Source of the DNA: Trichoplax sp. H2
Taxonomy: Eukaryota
Length of the DNA: 38,005 nt
Direction: 5' to 3'
Assembly: GCA_003344405.1 (NCBI GenBank)
Contig: NOWV01000178.1
Span: 124,001 to 162,005 of the forward strand
A program made the position numbers and the translations under genes. The notes beneath the pieces are model-generated. The model was given only the letters and a program-made list of their open reading frames with translations, searched no databases and was not told where the DNA came from. Shown piece by piece: positions 24,633 through 38,005 of this stretch (the first letter of the stretch is position 1; every line of letters starts with the position of its first letter).

Positions 24633-27600
24633 TCAAATAAAGGCGGTATCTAGATAGTATAATGTAAAATATTTACTAAAAGTGGTGCCGTAATTATTTG
24701 ATTATCATATTACGGCTTGTTAGTGCAATTACTCACCTTTACAAGCTGCTTCATCCAAATCATTCCTATCATCTGATACTATATATAGATTTTCACATAC
24801 TTTTGTTGAATGAACTACACGGAATAAAATTTATTCGGAATCAGCCTTAAATTTTTTATAAAATCCAAAGATATAAGTCTCCTTTAACATATGATATTTT
24901 AGCTAATCATAGAGACAACAGTTGATATAAAGTCTCTCCTATTGCAATAATGACATAATTTTGATGAATTTAAAGGTTTACGAGATATCCTCCTAAGAGA
25001 ACTTTCATTCTCCGCTTCGTTTGTGTATGTAATTTCGCACTTATTACCATTAGTGTTAGTGGATCCGGTGGTGTGGAGACTATTATGACATTCCCTTCCT
25101 GGATAGTAAAGTTCTTCATAATTGCTAAATTGATCATATTTAGTCCTGCTAGCTGTATCTTGATGGCTTGCTATTGTTGTGGTATACTGTTGCAATGGCT
25201 ATCCATTGCAAAGAAAAAGTATAATCATTTGCTTTGCTTAAACAAATCGATTTAAATGCTCTTCAATAAATTACCACTTCAGGGCGAATATTGTCTAATT
25301 TGGAATTCTGTGATTCCATCAAAGCTCCTATAAATGGAATAAAATTGAGTTGTCTGATCGAATTAATTAAGCATTAAGTAAAAATTTCTTTAGTGCTAAC
25401 GTCAGTCAATTTATTGCTTCGAAAACAAGATTCACAATTTAAATCACTATTTTACCTAATTTTCTTGTTAATACTTCTAATGGATACTTTTTCGTTGATG
25501 ATTTAAAGCACCTTTAAGAATTTCACATCAGTAACAAAAATATATTGAGATTCAAGTAAATTAATTTCCCAAGGATATTAATAAGGTTGGTAAAGCAGAG
25601 AATTTATTTTTCCTGACTAACCATGTTTTATATTTTTTGCAAAGTGCAACTCCTATCAAAGCCAAAAATAAGAATAGAACGCCAAAACTGATAGCTAACG
25701 GTACCAGTACCGTTAAAAGGTTTGCCCCTGGAGTATGGGTTGTACACATAATCCCTATTTTGATCAAATAAATCCTTATTCAAAATTATGGAAATTAAGA
25801 GCATATTTAAGCAATGATTATAGATATAAATGCAAGAATTTATGTTTATAGACAAGAAATTATTGCAAGCAGCATATTACGAACATTAGTAATTTAAAAT
25901 AGCAAGCCTCGTATAAAGCTGCGGTATCATAAGTGTAATTAAAGATTATACGTCTATCAACCTGGAATATGACTGATAGATTGACTATATTCCTTGAATT
26001 CGCCCCTATTGTTCTTTACTTTCACGACTATTCGATAAAAATACGTAGCATTTGATACAAAAGTATCAATAACTAAATTATTTTTGCCAGGTAAGGGTGT
26101 GAAATAAATTTTTTGAGTTCGGGTAGATTCTGTTTCCAAACCATACTCCATTGAAACTATCATTTTACTATTATTTGGCATATTTTCGAACGTCCAAGCC
26201 AAATTGATTGCTGTACAGTTTTCATCCTCTACAACTAATTTCTTAATGACTATTTCTTGGCTACTTTGGTTCAACAGCACTGAAATAAGAATAAAAAATA
26301 AGTAAGAAATATTTGTGTCTTTCAGCATCATTTAGATAGCATATTTCTATCTTAAATTACTACTAGCACTATTCTCAGTTACTTATGCTAGTAAGAAATA
26401 TAAATCGTCTAATACCGAGTAGAGTAGTCCCAAATCAGTTTAAGAATACAATCATAGAATTACACGAAAATAGGTCAATTGAACGTTGGATTGCGAGACT
26501 GCATAAATATCTATTTGTAAAAGATGACTATAGCACGTATCGTAACAATTTTATTGAGATGTTTACATTAAGGTTCAGAGATATAACCGGCCAATACGCG
26601 TATTGGCCGCGTATTGGCCCGGGCATTACGCGTAATGGCCAATATTACCGGGCAATACGCGTATTGGCTAACTTCGGGTTTTGGCCGTAACCTATAGATT
26701 GGGCCAAGAATGTGGGTACATTGAGATTTTTATTCTGATGCTTTAATTAGAAGCACGACTTATGAATAGAACTAATCTTGCGACTTAATTGGCAAAATAT
26801 GGTTGTGTAGCTGAAAGAATCATTCTATATCTAATTGCTTATAAATGATGGGTTTAACAGCAATAATTTAAACAGTCAGATTGAAACTAGGTAGTCCTTG
26901 GTAGTTGTATACGTAATAAAGTGGAGTTTACAAGAAACTGTAGTTCTTTTTTTATTATTTTTGAGACAATCTATCAAATAAAGTAATGTATTAAACTATT
27001 TTATTGGTAAATAAATTAAATCACATCAATAGAATAAGATAAAGAATGGATTATAACTGAAATATCATCATTACGATCTAACTTTAGAATGCATAAGGGT
27101 ATAAATAATACAATAGGTGAAAAATAATGCACTATACCTTCTCCACAGAATGTTCCCGTGACTTCAGGTGGACATTTGCATATGTAACCAGTGATTTGAT
27201 CGGTGCATGTTGCGTATTCATGCTGACAAGGATTGGAAGCACATCTACTGATCTCTTGAAAGTAATTTTTAAATAAACAAACTTTGGTTATAAAAGTTTT
27301 CACAGCTTAAAGTTCTAATAATATGATATAGTACGTAGCATTAAATCATTTTAATAAATGAGCAAATAGATCGATAATTCGAACAATTTTACAAAATAGC
27401 GCACTCGTTCCTGAATTGCACCCTTTGTATAAAGCAGACTAGTTCAGAATGTAACCAAATACAATTTGTTAAGGGCATTCTGTAGTGACTGTAATCTTAG
27501 CTGTTACAAGGTACAAGAACTCAAAATTTGAAATGATCTTAATTTATGGAAGTAATTAATACTTCTAGAACTTGACTTTAAATCAATAATTACAATTAAT

Positions 27601-30600
27601 TATTATTCAGAATTTCTGATGAGAAGTATGACTTCTGTAACAATTTATAGAATATTATTTAATATTTATAGTTATATTCTACTACATACATAAATATAGT
27701 TAAATCTATCGCAATCAATAATAAATCACATCTTTATCAAAAATACTTAATATTTACCATATTGACAATTATTTCCATATGTTTTTACGGTACAATTGCA
27801 TGTATAGTTATACACACCGAGAGCGATACAAATGCCTCCGTTCTTACATAACGAACTATTTGTTCGGCATATATTACCATCTTAAGTATAGCAGAAATAA
27901 AGCGAATTCAGAATTGAATTAATTTAATTATTTCATATAGCTGCGATATGTAGATATAGGTTCATAAAACTGAACTAAATCTATTAATAAACATTGAATT
28001 CGATTAATGTAAAAAGAAATAATTTATCAATAATAAGGTGTTTATTAAGGTTTAGGACACTTGAAAGTTGAATTATCGATACCTGTTTCGCAATAGATTC
28101 CTGTTCGATCGAAGGGACAAATGCATGTATAGCCATTGGTTTGATCGTGGCATGTACCGTCGTGTAGGCAAGGATTTGAGGAGCATTCGTTGATATCTAT
28201 ACGGTGATAAAATCATTTGGTTTTAGATAGATTTTTATGTACAGTACTTCAAATTCGATTTAATTTGTGTATAGATTTATGTCCATACGCGTATATACGA
28301 GTTCTTACTAGTTTCGCATTGATCGCCGCTATATCCTAACGGACAGTTACATTTGTAATCATTCATATTCTCTGTACAGGTACCATTATTTTGACAAGGC
28401 AATGCCTGGCATTCAGTGATATCTATGAAATTTGTTATAATCTTTATCTTAATCTATGTTTTTGCTCTGTAGTCTATTACAGTATTACTAGTATGTTGGC
28501 TACAGCATGGTATATTTCGCTATGATGCCATTGTGCTATATATTGCTACATATTATCTATTGCTTAATAATATTTTATAGCATTATTGGGTTAGTGTTTT
28601 GTGAATACAGCTTAACATATAGTAAATATATCAATTACGCCAATAAACACCGTTACTTCCAATACCGTACCGTAATTTTAGGTAATTTAATGTCATTATG
28701 AAATATCATGACTATTACTAATGTGATAATCATATTTAATATAAGCGCATTTAATGATTTTAGAACTTTAACTAATGATTAATAAAGTTACAGTATTACT
28801 GTAAATAAAGTATACAGTAACTTACTAGCAGAAATATCGAATTACTACAATTAATGCTAATAATTCTATTACAGTCATTCCAAAAAGTATTTTATTAGTA
28901 TAAAAATAATGTAATTTCCACCAAAATGATGTGTTATTTATTCCAATTGGTATATTTGATGTTTTAAAACTCAACTAAAGGCACTGAAATATTAATTTTT
29001 AATTGAAGATGGGATAATCAATTTCCAGTTGCAAAATTAATGAAACATTAGCTGTTTATATTTATTTGTTAAAAAATACAAGTAGTTAATTTTAAATTAG
29101 TTTCAAAATATATCAATTTCAAGATATTAAACACTTACTATATTGGCAGTTATTTCCATATGTTTTGGTTGTACAATTGCATGTATAGTTATACACGCTA
29201 TGAGCGATACAAAGGCCTCCGTTTTGACATACCGAGCTATTTGTACGGCAGGTATTACCATCTTAAGTACCGGATAAATGAAAGATCATGATTAGAGAAT
29301 CGTTTTAATTTAATTTATTTATATTAAATAGCTATGATTTAGCTGTATATTATATTTGCAGTGAATAAATCTACATGTGAACATGTAGTGATTTTAAACT
29401 ATATACAGTAGTTGTGGGAATCTAAGATATTGCAGTAATATTTAGTAAACGAATTATGCGATATAGAATAATAGGTTGAACCTATAAAGTAAATGTAGAT
29501 TGTGATTGTATAAATAAACAGTGCACTCGTAATATAGATATTATATGTTAAAAGGGATTAAACCAATTTAATACATAATATTAAATTAGATTCGTACAGA
29601 AAATAATTTATTAAAATTAAGTGTTTACTAAGGCTAAGATTCCTAGAATGTAGAACTATCGATACCTGTCTCGCAATAGATTCCTGTTCGATCAAAGGGA
29701 CAATTGCATCTATAACTATCGATTTGATCTTGGCATGTACCGCCATATAGACAAGGATTCGATGAGCATTCGTTAATATCTAAAGATTAATGAAAAAATT
29801 TAATTTTATAATATTTAGAATATAATATAGCATTTCGAACTTGATTTGATTGGCGATTAAATGTAATGTATAACTCTTACTAGTTTCGCATTGATTGCCG
29901 GTATATCCTACGAGACAGTTACACGCATAACTATCCACGTTATTTGTGCATGTGCCGTTATGTCTACAAGGCGATGACTGGCATTCATCGATATCTATAA
30001 AATTGATAAAGATCTTTATCGTAATCTTTAAGACTACTCTATTTCGTAATAAGCGTTTATCTATTACTTAATCTTTTGATAATGCAATAATAGTATTGCA
30101 ATTAAATTATTTAATTTTAATAATTAGAGTACCAAAGTCGATTTTTGTATCAACATTAATACGACACTATCGTCTTTATTGATAACTATTTACCACAACA
30201 TATGTACAGTTAAATTTATCATAATTACTATTAAATTACATTTTAATCAAAGTATTCAATATTTACCGTATTGACAATTACTTCCATACGTTTTTGCTGT
30301 ACAATTACATGTATAGTTATATACGCCGAGAGGGATACAAGTGCCTCCATTTATACATACCGAACTATTTATTCGGCATACATTACCATCTTAAATGTAA
30401 CAGAAAATAATGATGGTAGAATCGTGTTAACTTCATTATTTCAAATAGTTATAATATCGATATCTGTTCCTAAAACTTTACTACATCTATTACTAAACAT
30501 CGAATTCGATTACTGTAGAAAATAATATATTGATAAAATTGTGTTTACGAACGCTGAGATCATTATAATGTTAAACTATCGATACCTGTCTCGCAATAGA

Positions 30601-33600
30601 TTCCTGTTCGATCAAAGGGACAATTGCATCTATAACTATCGATTTGATCTTGGCATGTACCGCCATATAGACAAGGATTCGATGAGCATTCGTTAATATC
30701 TAAAGATTAATGAAAAAATTTAATTTTATAATATTTAGAACATAATATAGCATTTCGAACTTGATTTGATTGGCGATTAAATGTAATGTATAACTCTTAC
30801 TAGTTTCGCATTGATTGCCGGTATATCCTACGAGACAGTTACACGCATAACCATCCACGTTATCTGTGCATGTGCCGTTATGTCTACAACGCGATGAATG
30901 GCATTCGTTGATAGCTGCATTTTAAATTGGAGACGGAGTACATATTTCATTATGACACGATACAAATGTGAAAGTATTGAAACATTAAAAGATAGCCCTG
31001 CAGCATAATTCGGTCTATATTTTTTTTATAATGTGTAATTGTTACTCAATTGATCACTTAATAATTCTACACTTAGTAAATCGATGATTTTAGTTTTCAT
31101 TACCGTTGAAAGGCTCATAAAAAATCACCATATGCGTATGTTTTTTTATAGCTAGAACTGGTATCGCATGTTTTACTGTTTTACTATTATGGCCTAGCTC
31201 TTGCGGGCCTTTTTAATTTTTACAAATGTAATAAAGCAGAATCTTATCTTAAGTTTTAGTTGGTCTAGCTTTATTGTGAGCAAACGACATAAAATGGCAT
31301 AAGATATAGGCGATCGTATTACAATTTACTAGTTGTAAATCTGCTTAATTTAACCGTTTATAGAGGAAAATTTAGAGCCAGTATCAACAAACAATGTAAA
31401 TCAATAATAATTTTTCAACTATGAGTAAAATAGAAGTCTTAAGCTAAGCTCATTTCTGTTAAAGTTTAAATAACTTTTTACTTAATTCTAATTCTTACTG
31501 AATAATAATTATAAAAATATGTAATAAACGTAATATCTACTTTGATAAAATAATATTGTCAATAGTAAGAATATTAAATATGGTTAACTATACGCTCTAT
31601 TGCAATTAATCATGGAATTATTAACTTACCATTATAACAAGTTAGAAAGATATCCAAGCATGAATCAGAAGGAAAATTTACCGAAGTGTTGAAGAAACAA
31701 CTTGCAGGAGATTCATAATCTGTGCAGGTAACATTACTAGGCCAAATTGAGCCAACGTGAGTATTCGGGAGATAACCATAATTAGATATCGCTGAAAAAC
31801 CCAACTGTCTGCAAGCTACTTTAGCCGTAAACCACCCGAAACTAGGATTACATACTGTACCCCAAGTACCATGATGATATATTTCAAGCCTTCCGCTAGT
31901 TGTACCACCGGAAAGATGTAGTTGTCCTTCCGTAGCTATTTGCAGGAAAATAGAAAAATATTGAATAAAATTGAATGATTGGGCAGATAATCATTATTTA
32001 CGATTTATCTCAGATAGTAGATGACTTTTTTCCGTGAAATGAAGTAGACTATAGAGACAATGCATAAATGTATTGTATGTGCTGACGCTGTAAACTTTAC
32101 ATTCACCCTGATTAGCGAATGAAATCTTGACTGTGTTTGTCTTACCTCTCCAGACTATAGTAATACTGCAATTTAAAACATCTTATATTAAACATTTCAT
32201 AGCTAGCAATCTTCCAGAATTAATGAGTTTATCTTACATTATAACATTTTATTTATAATGTGTCTTAACCAAATTAATGATGTTAATAAAGTATTTTCTC
32301 AGTTAGTGCGGTACAGAAATAGATTAAATTATTGCTTCTCCTATTTTACGCAACATATTATTAGTATTATAAATAAAATTAAAATGATACATTGAAATCA
32401 TGCTGCTTTAAACATCAGTAAATACCAAATGTTTGAAATTTGTTTAATTATTACTTTGACGAATTTAGGGCAATTAATTTAACTAAAACCTACTAGTAAT
32501 TTTGTAAGATTCAATAGTTACGTAAGCTTCATATCTTGGAAGTTCTCATAATGTGATATGAGGAGACTCAGATTATAGTGCCAGTTATAATATCTCCGAA
32601 TATTTAACATTACTACTTTTACTAAAGATTATAAATTATTACCCAAGGTAGTTGTATGAACAGTTAGAAATTTGTTGCTACCCTTCTGCACTAGTTTTAA
32701 GAAATCATTTTTTCGCGTAAGCAGTTACGTGCGGTTTATGTTATTACGATATAAAATAATGCCAAAATTGAGCATTTACAGTTAAATATGAAGCATTTGT
32801 AATTTTGATATTAAACATTGTGTAAGTCGGTAAATACTGTAGAACAAAATTATACCTATTATTACAGTAAAAAGAGAAATTTACATCGTTAATAGTAGCT
32901 AATTATTAGAAGTCTTACCTCCATTTGCGGCATCTAAATTATGTTTAAAAATAATATCGAATATCAGTAAAAGAATCTTACATATATTTATGATCTTCAA
33001 CAAGGTTACTTAGTGGTATTACTGCAAATCAAGGCCTTCTGTATTTATCTCTATAGCTACAAACTATAAACATGACGATATGGCATGACTTAATCCATTC
33101 GTATATATTAACATAATTACTGTGATTTATACTACTAACATTTTCCGCAACGAGTTCCATAGTAGTTATTGGAGCAGTTACACAGCGCTCTTCCTTTGAC
33201 CGATATACAATCATGATTGTAATAGCATGGACGTGATATACAATAATCACCTAGCAGATACAGCAAAATCAGCATACAAAGACATCAAATATAAAAATAA
33301 GACATCATACGATACAACTAACGAAATTGTAAAATACTTGCTACTTCTATACTGTTTTCAGTCATTTAGATATCTTAATAACATGGTATTTATTTTTCGA
33401 AGTGCAAATCGCATTATCTAGGTTATGTTTACAACATATTTGACTAAGTCCTATTATTAACAGACTGCTTGAAGACAAAATCAATGTTAGTTTTAGTTGT
33501 ATTGTTAGAGTAAGGAAATAATCTGTTCAGATATGTAGATACATACGGTATTGACAACGACTTCCATAGTATCCATAAGGACACTCACAGCGATATTTAT

Positions 33601-36600
33601 ATGCATAATACCCAGTACCGTTTTGTATAATACAAGTGCCATAATTATAGCATGGATTGCTTATACACGGATTTTTTTCTGTAACGAAAATAGAAGCAAT
33701 TATTAATACAAAATATTCATAGGAGATATTAGAATTTATGTATATGTATAACGTTTATTATAATCTCATAGGAATTATAAAATTTGTTGAAGAGTTAAAG
33801 CTTACTTCCTTTCTATTTTTACAGAATGTGACAATGATATTGCGATATAGTTCAAAGTAAATTAAAGCGCCATTACTTGTTAACTTTTATGACTCATAAA
33901 GTCGTATCACTAAATATTTACGTTAGTTTAAGGTATATTCTAGTGCTATGTGTGATCGCAAATGACTGAAGTAGGTTCCATAACCAGACATTTTGCAATC
34001 TGATGTATAGTTTATATAGATTATGAATTTCTAAATTAATTTTTATCTTAAATTACATTATGTCAGATTACTTTTAAGACCGTACCTAACGTCTACTTGT
34101 ACTGAAAGCCAGAACTTCATATATTCTTATATGCACAAGTAATTGCAATATTATTTGTATAACATAAAATTTTAATTCAGAAACATAAAAAAACATACCA
34201 TCATAACATGTTACACCAACATCTTTATTATGCCCGCAGTTGTGAACTCCCCAACTGTCATGAGGACATGCGGCTACTAAAGATTCATAACCAGAACAAC
34301 GCAGGTTAGCAAGCCAAATTTGCCCACTTCCACGGCCATATTTATTGCCATACGTAGTTGTATGTGAAAATCCTAACTGTCTACAGATGACGTTGGCATC
34401 TAACTTATCAAAGGATTTGCTGCATATCGTTCCCCAAGTATTATTATAAAGGATTTCAATTCTGCCAGTCGAATTTAATCCATGATCATTAATAAGACGG
34501 ACTTGCACATCTTTCTCCCATTTATTTGCTGTTAAAAAATAAGAATAAAAGGGATACTCAATAGAAACAAATAGTTCACAGAATCCTTTATTTCTTGTGC
34601 TGTAAATATGCTGCAAATAAACTAATGAGTGCGCCGGAATATGCCATGTAGTTTTAAAGTATGATTGAATACATTAGTTAACATTTAATAATGCAACTAT
34701 TAATTTTTAACTGTCTGAATGAATATATACCTTACTTATGTACAATATCAACTTATAATTAAGTAATCCATGATGAGATAAAATTTTGAACATAAAATAT
34801 GGTTAGTAAACCTAATTGGTTTATTATTGATAAGTAGCTTGAGCTGATTTATGTCATCTATAATTAATGCTTTGTAATGCTGCGTAAATTTTAAGATTCC
34901 TTCAGCATTAACTAGCTAAGTAATACTCTAGCTATAATTTCTAAGTACTATAGAAAGTAATATCATCCGTATGATGATTCTACAGCCCTAAGTATCAGGA
35001 TAATCATCCGGTTTATCTTAGCCGGGTGTCGTTTCTCAGTTCGACTGATTTTCAAGTAAGGAATTACTATATATAGAGTAGAGACTGTTAGATAAATGCT
35101 TTGTATGGAATTGTGATTGATTGGAAATTGGCTAAGTCTGATTATCCTGTTTACCTTAGCTACTTTTGACTGTGAGAAAAGAAGTGATTCACGGACCTCC
35201 CAGAACGTGATTTGCATAGCGGTTTAACAATAAACCTTTAGAATTTGAAGGCTATGTCTATATCGGCTATTCTTATCGTGAGATAAGATAGTGTTTTGTT
35301 AATTCTAGCAAATTGATCAAATGTAAGTGAAGGGAAGTTAGAGAGATCTTACGTGCTTACTTATTTTAAGTCGAACTAAAGTCAGAGTTGTGTCAAAAGT
35401 ACTAATGGCACGGATTCTTAAAGTTTCACGATTATAGGGAAGCTTAAATATATTATTAGAATAAATTAAAAGCACTACATATTTTCATTTACCTGTAAAG
35501 CAACTTAACGTTCGCACATAATGAAAATTTCGATCATATGAATCTTGACAATTTGGTATTTCTAGGCTCCTACGTGGACAATTTGCTAGTGAAGACTCAT
35601 TACCGCTGCACTGAATGTTACTAAGCCAGGCTGATTCTATTGCAGATTGACGTATATAACTGAAGGATTGCAAAGTTGAGTATCCTAGCTGCTGGCAAGC
35701 AATTTTAGCATCGGCCAAGCCAAAACCATGATAGCAAATCGAGTTCCAGGTATGATTATAATATATTTCAAGCCGCCCATAGGCACTATTAGTATCACTG
35801 GCTAGAAAGAGTTGATTCTTGCTAGCTAAAGGTATTAATAATGATAAATTACGGAAGGTTTAATTTTTATGATGTCATTTTGTTATAATGGATCCGTATT
35901 TGATATGTTACAGATTTAAGTATTTTTAGTACCACTTGATTTTATAATCATTATTTAATGCTAAAGACTAAATTTAAACGTAGAAATAATTTCAGATAAC
36001 TTATACTTCATTTATGGTTAGTTGAGATAGTAGAGAGTCTGAAAATTACTAAAGACACATATAAACTGAGAATAAAATTCTTTTTCGACTTAATAATGTA
36101 ATATCTAGGCAGAATAGGGTTATATGTTACGCTAAATACTCTATCTTAAAATTTCTAAATTAAACTGACATACGTCGTATATCTATTAGTTTCACTAGTG
36201 GAGATAATGTCACATATTAGTGCAATAGGGAAAATATTGAGAAAAAAACAGAATATAGTCTCACCTGTGCCTGTAGAATCTAGATAGGAAATTAAAAAGA
36301 TTGAAATTAGAACGCATCCTCTTTTATATACACTTGGTAAGACATTATATGACAATAGTACACACTCGCACGGTTCTGCTAATATAGTACAAATATTACA
36401 ATAAAGATATCAGTACGGTAGTCTGTAAAAGATATACATCAACTGCATATGTTGACTTAATTAAATATCCATGAAATACACAAAATAGCATATTTATAAA
36501 TGTAAATCGTTAGAAAGTATCTAATTTTGAATGATTACAATCGGAAACTACGCTAATTTAAGAACTAACAGCCTTGGCAGCGGGTTCCATAATATTTTGA

Positions 36601-37048
36601 TGAACAGTTGCATCGAAAAGTTCCGTTAATGTTTGTACATGGGTTGTTATTATAACAAGGATTAGGTAAGCAAAGGTCACCTAAAATGCAACGCAAAAAC
36701 TTGATTAAGCATATATATATACTTATACGCTAGATTGTTATAGATAATCGCAATCGGTAAACTTGAAAGTATAAATTGAAATAAACTTCTGTATCCTTTC
36801 AAAATGGCTGATCAGAGAAAGCAGAACATCTTTATTCACAAGCTCGTATATATCTGTATTTTAGGATATGAACACTACTATATGGCAAGTTAAAACGATG
36901 TATTCTCCTGCACTATTGATATTTAAATAATACTTACGATATTGACAGCGATTTCCGTAGTAGCCATAACTGCAAGTGCAATGAGATGTTTTATTTCGTA
37001 ATTCGCAGGAACCATGAAAACATGGATTTTGGAGACAAGGGTTGTTTA
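24633..37048 (-). CDS. Type I transmembrane SRCR/EGF/FN3 receptor, 5'-partial. Exons: EGF 36938-37048, EGF 36570-36680, micro 36265-36279, SRCR 35493-35825, SRCR 34199-34528, EGF 33547-33678, EGF 33140-33250, micro 32919-32933, SRCR 31630-31935, EGFs 30801-30914, 30586-30699, 30267-30389, 29881-29994, 29666-29779, 29139-29261, 28309-28422, 28083-28196, 27758-27880, 27138-27254, FN3 25962-26279, TM 25622-25754, tail 25456-25511, 25275-25327, 25048-25198, 24737-24814, 24633-24649 (tail end uncertain)
   Basis: SRCR signatures GRLEIY..TWGT.C...F...A...CRQLG, six-Cys EGF repeats including calcium-binding types (INEC.S.PC), an FN3-like exon (LAW...[10 protein letters not shown]) and a TM segment [28 protein letters not shown]. 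All ectodomain exons are phase 1-1 with GT-AG boundaries. Confidence 0.85.
26588..26700. repeat. Intronic GC-rich cluster of ACGCGT-centred palindromes
   Basis: CGGCCAATACGCGTATTGGCCG (26588-26609, perfect 22-mer), CATTACGCGTAATG (26624-26637), CAATACGCGTATTG (26653-26666). Confidence 0.85.
27758..30914 (-). repeat. Threefold tandem duplication of a three-EGF-exon cassette
   Basis: Exon types A (30801, 29881, 28309), B (30586, 29666, 28083) and C (30267, 29139, 27758) repeat in order with matching lengths of 114/114/123 nt. Confidence 0.92.
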
Positions 37049-37277
37049 CTATTCATGATGATAATAAACGATGCAATAAATAAAATATAGGCGAAGATAA
37101 GATTAGATAATATACTGTAGCCTTGTCACTAGCGATCGTACTTAAAACTCGAACACTTTCAGAAGTCATATATCATATGCGTTAAAGTGCATTAATGATT
37201 TAGTAAATGAAAATAAAAAAGCTAACTATCTATGAAATGTTTAGAATTGTCTGATTCAAAATTTTAAAATAGGATAT

Positions 37278-37780
37278 GTAATGAAGCTGTTAGATAAGCT
37301 ATTGTTGTCAACATCTTATGTTGAAGTGAATTAGATATAACTTAAAAATAATACCAAAATCTAGGGTTGTTAACAATAATAGGCATACGTAAGTAAGGTT
37401 TAAGATAATTCAAGTGTGTTGATTTCAGCTTCGTAGAATATGATACTGATCATATAATTTTGTTCTCATACTAAACTTTATAAGTGTTAAATCATGTTTT
37501 TCGCAATTATCACGTTGTAAACAAGTTAGATAACATATTTAAGTAGCTACGCTTTTCTGTCATTGTTGCTCTTAGTCATTCTTTTCTAAGATCTGCTGTT
37601 GTAGGAAGTTTCTTTGTCTGTCAGAGCTTGTTGTACTATTTTGTACGTAGTATCTCAATCGATAGAGAACCAGTAATAAAATCTGCTATTCTTAAAATTA
37701 CTTGTTTCAACTACATTTTAATTACAGTCAGTAGAACAGGTTTTATTACAGGATACTAAACCTATTCGTCTTATAATAAA
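37278..37780 (-). repeat. Dispersed ~490-bp repeat, copy 2, in the presumed intron of the SRCR/EGF gene
   Basis: Its reverse complement aligns by eye, collinearly, with 21660-22150. Confidence 0.85.
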
Positions 37781-38005
37781 TGTTCATAATATGACTATGT
37801 TCACATATTAATACGAATTGAGTTTAGAACCTTCTATCCACTTTCATTAATAAAAATATAAGAAGTCAAGTTGATATTAAATCACAATGGTGCCATTAAA
37901 CATCACAAATACTCAAAATGTCTAAAGTAAATTGATATAATATAACTATACTACCAAATATAAACAAATAATGACAAACTTGGGATTGAAGAAAAAAATA
38001 TAACG

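Noticed and set aside
24586-24649. Start of a tyrosine kinase domain (IDHEKLHFL)
   Set aside because: No GxGxxG, HRD or DFG exons were found downstream; candidate next exons stop within a few codons.
26280-26331. Signal peptide and separate gene start for the FN3-TM protein (ORF 25957..26331)
   Set aside because: The hydrophobic stretch is the translation of a polypyrimidine tract ending in a consensus acceptor that is in phase with the upstream EGF exon.
26385-26690. 101-aa plus-strand ORF
   Set aside because: It is antisense within an intron and is extended by the stop-free palindromic island; no protein features.
34970-35048. Box C/D snoRNA-like ATGATGA...CTGA with a 10-nt 18S-complementary word (CGTTTCTCAG)
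   Set aside because: It is antisense to the host gene, has no terminal stem, and the complementary word is not adjacent to the D box.

Overview
AT-rich, intron-dense animal nuclear DNA. Composition, short GT-AG introns and gene content suggest an early-branching metazoan such as a placozoan (inference). I assembled five spliced genes by hand: FAM98 (minus, 3' end outside the window), PSMD8/Rpn12 (plus), POMGNT1 (minus, only two coding introns), a C16orf89/DUF4735-like protein with an extra C-terminal TM segment (minus), and a large type I receptor (minus, 5' end outside the window) built from phase 1-1 exons: EGF, SRCR, 10 EGF, FN3, TM and a Tyr-rich tail. The most striking feature is a head-to-tail array of seven ~330-bp GC-richer units (3385-5659) filling the space between the divergent FAM98 and PSMD8 start codons. 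Each unit has invariant blocks, and most have a TATA-like box. A terminal stem encloses ~208 nt, with internal hairpins whose variants mostly retain pairing through plus-strand G-U wobbles. This makes it a candidate unannotated structured-ncRNA array, or alternatively an amplified promoter module or satellite. Also present: a small TA-flanked MITE, a direct-repeat-bounded G-poor segment, a dispersed ~490-bp repeat pair, an intronic ACGCGT palindrome cluster, microexons and an orphan CCAAT/CRE promoter.
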